A DNA stretch of 64,000 nucleotides from Eledone cirrhosa (taxonomy: Eukaryota): positions 408,580,001 to 408,644,000 of the forward strand of contig OZ024740.1 of NCBI GenBank assembly GCA_964016885.1, read 5' to 3'. A program made the position numbers and the translations under genes. Below the pieces are notes generated by a model that was given only the letters and a program-made list of their open reading frames with translations, made no database searches and was not told the origin of the DNA. Positions 53,813-64,000 of this stretch are shown in pieces. How positions within the stretch are numbered: position 1 is the first letter of the stretch; the number at the start of each line of letters is the position of its first letter.

Positions 53813-54217
53813 TTTATAACGGGTTTTAGGGTCAATTCTTAATATACATAATAGAGATCAGAAGGCATTTAGAACATTGACTAAATCCATTATCGATGTT
53901 GTAACTCTATTTATTAGTCGTACATGTTGAACGGATACATTAGGTACAGGTCGTATCTACATGTGTAGGATGTAGCTTGGTCCGCTTCATTGCAAGATGG
54001 AGATGTTGTTAGCAGCGATGAGTGTAGCCTGGTCTTGTCGATAAGAGAGGTGCGTGTAGACTAATGACTCTCTTGGTCACCTCCGCTCACACTGGTGACG
54101 TAGTTCTGGACAGTCGAATTAGTGCACCGAAGGTTTTGATTGGCTCAAACTTCAGCCAACTTACCTCCGTAACACCATTCCTCCGCAGAAGGAAAATACA
54201 TTTTATTCACTGCTACA

Positions 54218-54717
54218 GGTCTACAGACATACAGAGCGATCGGAGCAGTATGCTATTACAAGCCATGTGAAAGATTCACCGCTATCTACAGGTCCCAGAG
54301 GTCTACAGACATACAGAGAGATAGGAGCAGTACACTATTACAAGCCATGTGAAAGATTCACCGCTATCTACAGGCCCCAGAGGTCTACAGACATACAGAG
54401 CGATCGGAGCAGTACGCTATTACAAGCTATGTGAAAGATTCACCGCTACCTTCAGGCCCCAGAGGTCTACAGACATACAGAGCGATCGGAGCAGTATGCT
54501 ATTACAAGCCATGTGAAAGATTCACCGCTACCTTCAGGCCCCAGAGGTCTACAGACATACAGAGCGATCGGAGCAGTACGCTATTACAAGCTATGTGAAA
54601 GATTCACCGCTACCTTCAGGCCCCAGAGGTCTACAGACATACAGAGCGATCGGAGCAGTACGCTATTACAAGCTATGTGAAAGATTCACCGCTATCTACA
54701 GGCCACAGAGGTCTACA
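54218..54717 (+). repeat. 82-bp tandem array, right part (~6 units)
   Basis: Same unit as 48271-48476; register resumes at the TSD. Confidence 0.95.
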
Positions 54718-55006
54718 GTCAATTACAGACCATTACTTTCTTTCTCTCCTGGTCGCAGACTAAACCAGCCTCATGAACCAACAACAAAAATAACATTGTC
54801 AACCTTTGAAACTCGTGGTAATATGTTTATTGTTCTTTTTGACTCAATTGAAGTAAACCTTTATATATAAAGTAAATCGGCCATTCTTGTTATTTCATCT
54901 AATAACCTTGTTTCCTCATCTAACAATAACTACTTCTTACTGAAATACCCTTTGTTAAAAACTTTAGTCTTTATTGTGTTGTATCAGATGAAAGAATGGT
55001 ATTTAA

Positions 55007-55609
55007 CTAATGTATTGGTACGCGATGGGGCCCACCCACAACCCCGGCGGACAGCATGGAGAAGGCATTTCCCCGGAGGACGGCAAGGGAGACGCGCTGG
55101 AAAAGCCACTCCAACTCGCGGGGCTCACACCTGCGGCTGGCCAGCTCAGCGCCTATGGTGGTGAGTAAGGCGGTAGCCCTGGGGCCGAGGACACCAGAAG
55201 TCTCCACTGCCAGGGAAACGACCGCAAACCTGTCGGAGAGCGACCGGTATTTGAGGAGTTTGGCCCCCTCAGCCCGACGTGCAGCAGAACCTGGGTTAGT
55301 CGCAGACTGCACCAGGTTGCGGCTGCAGAAAGTGTCGGTGCAAATGGCATCCCAGACGAGGGGTTTGCCACCGCGGAACGGGAAGATGGTCATGCCATCT
55401 GGCCTTTTGCCGTCCCCTCGATCCAGCCCCACCGGCTCGAGCTGGGAAGGGAAGCCTGCAGCGTCCAAGCCATGCTTTATGACCTCGTTGAGAGCAGCAT
55501 GGCGTGGAATGCGACCGGCACTGTGGCGACAGGAAAGCGGGTGGAGGCCGAAAGAGTCCACGGTGGAACCGCAGCGACATTGGTGTGGCTGGCAGATCCG
55601 GAGGCCGGT
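55007..55609 (-). pseudogene. CRE-clade LINE 3' fragment: CCHC knuckle plus restriction-like endonuclease
   Basis: CRCG..GLHPLSC..RH..LEP.GL.RGDGKRPDG..LVWD..VETSG..FQRVSLAVLRGNA. Confidence 0.88.
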
Positions 55610-56574
55610 GTATATGTGTGTATATATATATATACACATATGAAGCCACTTTTTATAATCGGAGGTAATGTTATCAGGCGGTTATTGTTATCGAAAAACG
55701 TGGTCTCTAATTGATCACAATAAAATATTGTTTTATGTCGTTCTGGTGTCGGCCTTTCTTGATCAGTATTCAGTATGTATACAAAGATTTTAGTATATTT
55801 TGTTAAGTATTCACGATTTACTTTCTCGATATTTCTATATTTAATGTTTTTATTCCCGTTGTTTGCGTATTTGTCGGTTCTTTCTCAATGATGTTCGTTA
55901 TTTTTCGTTATATATTCTTTCTTTAACTGATCTATTTCTATGTCTGTTATATTTTTAGCTTTGAGAATGTATCTTTAACCATCTGGTCTCTGGGGATCCA
56001 AAGTTAGTTTTAGGTCAAGGTTATTTTCACGCCAGATATATAACGTGAATGTTGACGGTAGTCTCGTTTTTTATTTGTTCTTTTTCGTTTCGTTTTTCGG
56101 TTTATGATTTTTTTTTTTTTTTTGTGGGGGTACATATTGTAAGGTATTTATCTTGAGTCAATTTATGACTTTCCTTTTTATTTGTTCTTTTTCGTTTCGT
56201 TTTCGTTTTTCGGTTTATGATTTTTGTTTTTGTTTTGTTATTTTGGGGGAGGGGGGTATTTTATTTTTTTCGTGGGGTACATATTGTAAGGTTTTATCTT
56301 GAGTCAATTTATGCCTTTCCTTTTTTATTTGTGAGAACTGAGAAAAAAAGATCATTCCTTTACTTAGATCGTCAGAAATGTTATCGGATACCAACTTGTT
56401 GGTTGTTTTCATTATTGTTGTTGTTGTTTAGTCCCAGATCGGCAGAGCTACAAAGATGTTCTAAATGTTATAGTCCTGTTTTGTTTGATGAGTTGATTGT
56501 TTCCAGATTTTCAATACTCCAGTCATCCTACTTTATATGTATCAAATTCAAAGTACTCAAGGGCGGTGGGACTG

Positions 56575-56614
56575 CACCACCCCTACTACTACTACTACCA
56601 CCACCACAACCACC

Positions 56615-56664
<50 letters not shown>

Positions 56665-56665
56665 C

Positions 56666-56696
<31 letters not shown>

Positions 56697-56715
56697 TTAC
56701 TACTACTATTACTAA

Positions 56716-56759
<44 letters not shown>

Positions 56760-56976
56760 TTACTACTACTATTACTAATACCACCACCACCACTACTACC
56801 ACTATTACTACCACCACCACCACTATTACTACTACTACTACTACTACTAGTACTACTACCACCACTACTACTACTACTACTACTATTACAACTACCACCA
56901 CCACTACTACTACTATTACTACCACCACTACCACTATTACTACCACCACCACCACTATTACTACTACTACTACTAT

Positions 56977-57023
<47 letters not shown>

Positions 57024-57050
57024 TTACTACCACCACAACCACCACCACCC
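56575..57050. repeat. (ACT/ACC)n compound trinucleotide array flanked by 43-bp direct repeats
   Basis: 56516-56558 matches 57052-57094 (2 mismatches). Confidence 0.92.
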
Positions 57051-57505
57051 CACTCCAGTCATCCTACTTTATATACATCAAATTCAAAGTACTCGAAGGC
57101 GAGGGGGGGGACATGCCCCCCCCCCCCCCCATAATTTTATTTTTCTCCCCCAAACTACCAAAACAGACATCTAGTTGTATATGCGTTGCAATGTATGTAG
57201 ATGTTATGTAGAGACAGATAGATATAGATATAGAGAGGGGGAGAGTTTGGTGGTAATTGATATATATTTCTATTTATTTGCCACCAGGGCATCAAAGATT
57301 AGGACAAATACAAAGGGGGGAGTTTACATACATTTAAAAAGACGTGTAAAAAACATATAACAAATTAAATTTAACAATCGATGTCCTCAATAGGGAGGGG
57401 CGTTGACATGGGTCGCACACACCCCCGAAAAAATGTGCAACCCTCCTCTTCAGGAGCACAAAGAGCGGGTGCTTCCTTCCTCTTCTCATTCTTATCCTCT
57501 CTCAC

Positions 57506-60500
57506 CTACAGGCTGATATAGAGAGAAGGCCCATTCACTCGGGCCATTCTCGCTACTTTCACCCATCTTTCATAAAACTTGCTGGGGTAGAGCACCTCTC
57601 TCTCCATTCTGATCCTTCTTCTAAAGTGGTACTTGAAAAAAAAAACCAGTTGTTGGCCGGAGAGAAAGGTGTCTGACCTCAGCCCTTTCAACCTTGTCCA
57701 CCATACAACTTTTTTCGCCATGGCTATCACACAGAGGAAAACCGCCTCTCCTTCGTTTTTGAAAGGGGGAGGCGGTTTGATCGTGACAATGTTCTCGGTG
57801 GTCAACCGGATTGGTCCCACCCGCGACAGTAGTCGTTCTACATAGCCCCACAGGTCAGCAACGCCCGGGCAGTGTACGAATGCGGGTGCGACGGTTTCCT
57901 CGTCACGCACGCATCTTGGACAGATCTTCTTCGAGGGGTCCCTACCCGGGCGCCCGTGTCTGTAGAGCTTGTCCCGAACGGGTAGAGCTCCTCGGTAACA
58001 TTGCCAAGCCAGGGACTTTTGGAAGTTGTCCATCGGTCCCGGGCCAAACGTCCTACCGAACAGACTGGCCAGCTCGTCTTCCTCCATGCCCAGAGCCTCT
58101 CCGAGAGCGTCGTCGCACTTACTGCACACCAACCCTCTATAGAATGTTGAAGTTGAGTCTCCACTGATTGCCGGATCCGCTTGCCAGATGGCCGTGAGCG
58201 CCTGGGCACATTCAATGTGCCAGTCGCCCACTTTTCTCGGTCTTTGCTTGACCCAGGATTGCAGCTCGGTGAGTGAGACGAGTCTCGGAAAGGCTCGCCT
58301 CACAAACAGGGCCCACACCGGCTGACCGGTGAGGAATACCTGGAGGTGTCGTAGCCTTAATGCGTGTCTACGCATCGTCATCCACGGCATCCCCAGCCCT
58401 CCGTTCGAAGGGTGTTGACAGCAGATGGATCTTCTCACCAAAGGAGCCCGCTTCTTCCAAAGAAATCGGAAGAGCGCGCGCTCCATTTTGGCGAGTGTTT
58501 TCTCTGGGCAAGGCACGACTTCAAGCGGTAGTAGATGACGGACGCTATATAAGCGTTCGCCACCTCCGCTCGACCTTTCAGGGATAGTTTGCACTCGGCC
58601 CACTTCTGGGCGAGTGCAAAGACCTTGCCCGTTACCTCGTCCCAGTTTTTCTCCACCTGGAGGTCCGGTCCGAACCAGACCCCGAGCAGCTTCACCGGTC
58701 CCTCCGTCCAGCGTCCGACGATGCCGTCGGAGGGCATCGTTTTTCCTCTCCACGTCCCGAGTTGCAAACTGACGGACTTGTCCCGGTTCAGCTTGGCTCC
58801 TGTGAACCTTTCATATTCCTCCAGTAAGGTGCCGATCTGCCCGATTTCCGAGGCGCACGACACCATTACTGTCACGTCATCGGCGTAGGCCGACACCGCT
58901 TTCCGCAATCCCGGTTCCAAGGGGATGCCCTGCAACAGCTCCATCTTCCGCAGTAGTGGCTCGAAAGCCAGCACATACAGGAGGGAGGAGAGAGGGCATC
59001 CCTGTCGGATGGATCGCGTGATTTGGAACGGCTCCGAGAGGTAGGCGTTCACCTTGACCCTCGAGCAGGTGTTGCTGCTGTACATTGCAGCAATCCAGCC
59101 CCTGAAAACGGGTCCGAAGCCTGCCGCCGCGAGAACCGCATCCAGGTACCGATGGTCAACGCTATCGAACGCCTTAGATTGATCCAAGTTGATCAGGGCC
59201 CCACCAAAGCCGGGTTCGTTCCCTACCCTCTCTACGATGTATCGCATGAGGTGGAGGTTGTCGTGTATGGACCTGGACGGGATTGCGCATGTCTGCGCTT
59301 CTCCCACCAGGTTCCCGACGACAAGCGCCAACCTCTTCGCTAACACCTTGGCCAAAATCTTTAACTCTGTGTTTAGCAGAGTTATGGGCCTGAAGTTATC
59401 TATGTCATCCCCCTTGTTCTCGTCCTTCCTCACCAGCGTGACTACGCCCTTGGTCACAGAACTGGGAATTCTCCCGTTCTGTTGCCAGTTGCAGTAGACC
59501 GCCTCGAGGAGACCGGAGAACAAGCCCGGCATCGCTACATAAAGTTCGTATGGTAGACCATCGAGACCCGGAGATTTGCGTTTGCCGCATTGGCTCAGCG
59601 CTTCCCCTATTTCAGCGGCTGAAATCGGCCGCTCGCAGGACTTCGCCTCCCCGTCCGAGAGCCGCGCCAGACCGTCGAGGTATGGACCGAAATCCATGGC
59701 CCCACCCCACCCTGCCCGCCGCCCCTCCCGAACAGTCGTGCAAAGCGCCGTTGAAAGGCCGCGCTCATCCGCTCAGGTTCAAGGATCACGCGTCCATCCT
59801 GGTCTTTCAAAGACCGAATCGTGGACTTTTTCCACTTTTTGCCTCTGTCACTCGGGCCCAGCTAACAGCTTTGGCTCCCTCGTTACCCAGAGCACGTATT
59901 TTACTCCTGACAACGCAGCCCTCGTGCTTCGCATCAAATAACTGGTCTAGGGCCGTTCTTGACGCCAGCACACCGGCCACGTTGCCACTCCTAATCGCCT
60001 CTTCTACTCTATTTATTAATTCCCTTTCAGTTCTATTCCTATCTGATGCTAATTCCCGACTAAAACCTATCGATTCTATTCTAATTTCTCTCTTGAGAGA
60101 GCCCCACCACCTGTTGTTGACAATTGCCCCCGTCAAACGCTGCTTAACTAGTGTGCTAATCCGCTTACTGTAAGCTTTGTTTGTCGGTAAAAACAAGTTT
60201 AGCTTCCAGTAACCGGGTCCCTGTCTATGAGTTCTATCAAGGTTGACCACTCCGGTCACCAACTTGTGATCCGAATAGTCAACCATGAACATTCGTGGAC
60301 AGCTTAATATGTCCCTATCCTTATTTCTAACTAGGAACCTATCTAGGTACGACCTAGATGTTCCGCTAAGATTAGTCCACGTTCACAGTGGCACAGTCGG
60401 AAAATCTAGTCGATTTCTATCGGCCAGATCAAATCGGCCGATTAATCGTTTGAGGCTGTTACACCCCCCTCTATCGGAACATGCCCCTACATAGTCCCAA

Positions 60501-60946
60501 CGTGCATCCAGGATACCATTCCAGTCCCCCACTAAAAGCAAGGGGCGAGACGTTCCCAGGAAATTCTCCAGGCGTCGGAAGAAGTCCGGTCGCAGTGTCC
60601 CAGATGGGGCATATGCTGCCACCAGCCTGAAAGCTCCACCTTCACCACTGTCGACGTCTAAAACCACCAGTCGACCCTCCGGGTCCAGGTGTACCTTCTG
60701 TGTGGCAAGACCCAGGTATTTTCGCAGCAGAACGACAACCCCACCCCCACCCCTCGGCTGACAGAGTGATGCGTAGATCTCAAAGTCGTCGAAGATGGGG
60801 GTCAGTTGGCGCTCGCTGCTGATCCTGGACTCGCAAATAACCATTACATCCACTCTGTGCGACCTGAGGTCATTTAAGAGTTTGCCTTGTTTCCAGGACA
60901 TCCCCAGGCCGCGTGCATTCACACATCTAACTCTTATATTGGCCAT
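57506..60946 (-). pseudogene. Tx1-like ORF2: APE endonuclease, RT and zf-RVT; several frameshifts and stops
   Basis: NARGL, VGDWN, SDHKLV, GYWKLN; KSPGLDG, FRPITLLN, DQSKAFD, IRQGCPLS, YADD; CPRC..HC. Confidence 0.93.
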
Positions 60947-61521
60947 GTTGGTGCTGAAGAGTTAAAAAGGAAGAGGAAAGGAAATTACTTACCTCTTCGT
61001 CTCCTGGGGACCAGGCTGCACAATTTCCATGGGGGTGTTGGAAGGGTTGTTTGGTTGGGTGGTGGTTTGTGGTGGGGTGAGGACATCAGTGTGTGGTGAG
61101 ATAGGGTGTTTGGTGGGGTGTGGGTGTCTGGTGTGGGGGTGGGGAAACATCTCAATAGGACGTGGTTAAGTGGTTTGGTGCAGTTGGTCCCCACATGCAT
61201 TGGATGGTTCTTTTTCAAAGTTACATAGGTTTCCGTTGGGACCATAATCATCATTAGGTGCGGTTTGTTCGCTGCGTAGGTGAAAGTGATCCCTTCGGTT
61301 TCCACCGAAGGGTTATTTTCTATTGCTTTCATCAAAGTTTTATTGTTCTTGTTAATGTATGTATACACTTTTTGTTGTGTTGTGTTTGTTTTTGTTTGTT
61401 GTTCTTGTGCGTGTTTGCGTTTTGTAGTATGTGTTATGTTTTGGGGAGGGGTGGGGTGGGTTTTTTTGTTTGTGATGTTTGTTCTGTTTGTGCTGGTGGT
61501 TGTGTGTTTGTAGCATTTTTG

Positions 61522-61728
61522 TTAATGTGGTGCCTTTTTTTTCCTTTTCACCTGTTGAAAGGGTTCTCCCTCGTCGTCACTGGGTGACGTTGATACGGAG
61601 TCCTCTTCCGTGTTGTTGGGGAGGGGTATATTTTGGGGTTTTGTTGTGGTTGCTTTTGTATTTGTTTTAGGTGGGGAGGGGTTGGGTGGAACAGTGTTTT
61701 GTGTTGTTATTTTTCCGTGTTTTTGTGG

Positions 61729-61759
<31 letters not shown>

Positions 61760-62869
61760 GGTGGTGGTGGTGGTGGTGGTGGTGGTGGTGGTGGTGGTGG
61801 TGGTGGTGGTGGTGGTGGTGGTGGTGGTGGTGTTGTTGTGTTCGGGGTTGGCAGAAGAGCCTTTTTGTTTTTACTCGTTAATTGAGGACAGGCAGCCCTC
61901 AGGTGACCCCAGCTTAAGCAGTGGTAACATGACGGCCGCCTTCCCTCCACTGTAATGTTTATATAAGTTAGCCCGTCCAGAGGCACGCGTTGTGGGATAT
62001 TCGCTATTCGTTCTGGGCTCATTTGCACCAGAACTTCTACGCTGGTCCTACCAAATACACCTCCGGAGGACTTTCCTATTGAAATTATCTTGTCTTCATC
62101 AAAGTCAATGATTCCACATAGTATCCACCAAATATTTACATTTGGTGTTATACTCATTATTTTTATTCTTTGTGTCTTCTTTCCCCTGTATGTGGGGAAA
62201 AAGCTGAAGCGGGGGGACACAATGGGTGATACCGAGTATTTTTGTGCTGTTGACTGGTTGTTCATTAGCACCGAAATGCTACCAAACAGTTTACCTTTTT
62301 GTATGAAGGTTATGTCCTTCATTGCATCTTTTAGAACCAGCTTATTTTCATTTTGTGATAATTGAGCTGGTTTTCTTGTTTCGTTCGATATTGTCCTGAA
62401 AACCACAGTTTTCAGGACAGCCTCTCTACGTAATTCCTGTGGAGAATTGATGCTAAAAGCACCGTTTTCGCCAAAAGTCACGAATTGTTTTGCGTCTTGT
62501 AGTAGTTTGTTTAGCATTTGTTATGTCAATTGGCGTGTATAGTTCGTTTTTTTTTACATTCTGTGCGAACGTTGTTTTGGTGTTGTTGTCTTTTTTGTTG
62601 CTGCTGTTGTTGTCACTGTTGGTAATATTGTTCATGTTTTCCTTGGTGTTGCTATTGTTGCAGTTGTTGGTTGTGGTGTTATTGTCATTGTTCTTGTTGT
62701 TGGTGCTGGTATTATTTACCGGGTTTGGTTTCGTGGTTTCAATATTTTCAACGTTTTTCGATAATGCGAGGGGGGAAGGCTGCAAGCTTTGTACTCATAC
62801 CTTCCCTCCACCACTTTTCTTAGTGGGCGTGGCACTCACGACAGTGTGCGAGGTTGAAATGGCATCCAT
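61522..62869 (-). pseudogene. Tx1-like ORF1 with zinc knuckle and polyP/polyQ tract (frameshift near 62500)
   Basis: EGRRPSCYHCLSWGHLRAAC (CCHC); upstream ATG near 62869 in another frame. Confidence 0.8.
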
Positions 62870-63254
62870 TGCTGACTACCAAGTCTACACAGTTTTGAGA
62901 TGAAAATGAAAATTTCGCCCCAGAAAGGGGCGAAAATTAGTTGACTCAACGTCTGAAGGCCCTGGCAAGGGGTTAAACTAAACAATGCTATTAAATTGAG
63001 CAATGAACTCACAGTTTTTTTTACAATAATCCGTAAAAATCCGGAGCGAAGTAATTCACATCTATATCAAGTGGTAATTGATATAGAGAGTGGGGAGGGA
63101 GTTCTGTGTAGCAGATATATATAGAGAGATAGTTTGATGTTTATTGATATAGAGAGTGGGACTGGAAGAGAGTTCCGTGTAGTAGATATAAAGAGGGGGA
63201 GAGTTTGGTGTAAATTAATATGGAGGGGGGATGGAAGAGAGTACCGTGTAGTAC

Positions 63255-63600
63255 AAAGGTTCTCAACGGGGGGAGTTTCGGAGCTCCAGGGGGCGTTTTG
63301 AAGCAAAAAGGCGTTGGGGGGGGGGGGGGCTTTAGTTTGGTAAGTTTTATAAGTCATATTTGTACGTATCTTAGACAGCCAGTGAGAATGAATTTGAATG
63401 AAGAAAACAAAGAAAATAAATAGAAGAAGCTTGTCAACGAATTCCCTAGGGAGATAAAAGAAAAACAAAAGAAATCAAAGAAAATGAACATAAGCTCTTC
63501 AACTTTGACAACAGTTACGAGAACAACTTCAACTGAAATGACAACAAAAAGAAGCAATGGTGATGAAACATACGAACATACACACACATGCATACGTACA
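63255..63600 (+). mobile_element. Interspersed repeat, paralog of 21872-22212
   Basis: Direct similarity; ends in (TACA)/(CA)n with no LINE insertion. Confidence 0.8.
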
Positions 63601-63618
63601 TACATACATACATACATG

Positions 63619-63694
<76 letters not shown>

Positions 63695-63777
63695 CGTTAT
63701 TCCGGGTTGAATCGGAGGTAACCACAGTAAGTAAGGTACTCAATACATAGCAGAGTATAACAGTTTTAATATAGATG

Positions 63778-63828
63778 AGATTCTACAGGACTAGAACTGT
63801 TTCATTCATTAGAAATCATCAGGAATCT
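63778..63828 (-). ncRNA. Type I hammerhead ribozyme with GUA cleavage site
   Basis: AGAUUC CUGAUGA u UUC uaau GAA u GAAACAG uucuaguc CUGUA GAAUCU. Confidence 0.82.
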
Positions 63829-64000
63829 GGGTATCAAAAAATAAATATGGTATTTATAGGTCTCTACAAGTGGTAGGAGAGGGTGGGGAGTGGGATGGGT
63901 GCAGGTCATTGGTTGATAGAAAAGGGAATTCATTAAAAGCTAATTCTACAAAGCTATAGTTTATTTTTATTTTTATTTTTATTTATTTATGTTTTTAGAG

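Larger units (their letters stand above)
48477..54217 (-). mobile_element. Ty3/Gypsy LTR retrotransposon, full length, with GGTC TSD
   Basis: 403-bp LTRs at 48477-48879 and 53815-54217 (about 5 differences); GGTC at 48473-76 and 54218-21; PPT-like tract at 48880-48895; gag-PR-RT-RH-IN order. Confidence 0.97.
57265..63070 (-). mobile_element. Full-length L1/Tx1-like LINE with 15-bp TSD
   Basis: gtggtaattgatata at 57250-64 and 63071-85; 5' UTR, ORF1, ORF2 and a 3' UTR ending AATAAA. Confidence 0.92.

Noticed and set aside
48271-54717. 82-bp repeats as a CRISPR array
   Set aside because: Head-to-tail units without unique spacers, no cas genes, eukaryotic context
56217-57211. 305-aa polyL/P and 224-aa polyT mucin-like ORFs
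   Set aside because: Translations of the (ACT/ACC)n array; no complex coding context

Overview
Eukaryotic, AT-rich and microsatellite-rich DNA made almost entirely of transposable elements. The abundant tRNA-derived SINE resembles octopus SINEs, so an octopod origin is inferred. Retroelements present: a full-length L1/Tx1-like LINE with a 15-bp TSD (57265-63070, -); a second Tx1-like 3' fragment; an RTE LINE with a 1050-aa uninterrupted ORF ending in three C2H2 fingers; an RTE-like LINE with a PHD-type finger inside the RT region; R4/Dong- and CRE-type RLE LINE fragments; and a near-intact Gypsy LTR element (403-bp LTRs, tRNA-Trp PBS, -1 frameshift signal) nested in an 82-bp tandem array. There is also a solo LTR, several MITEs and about 17 SINE copies. 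The most striking signal is a dense set of type I hammerhead ribozyme folds, read by eye: about 14 motifs from at least 7 sequence families. They lie in short (TA)n-associated, often palindromic elements that resemble Penelope-like pseudo-LTRs. Three palindromes carry a hammerhead on both strands, and several motifs show recurring non-canonical core variants. A possible host-gene TATA/Inr promoter and first coding exon lies at 8235-8968 (-). Most short ORFs in the supplied track are microsatellite or antisense artefacts. All structures were read manually; no database searches were run.
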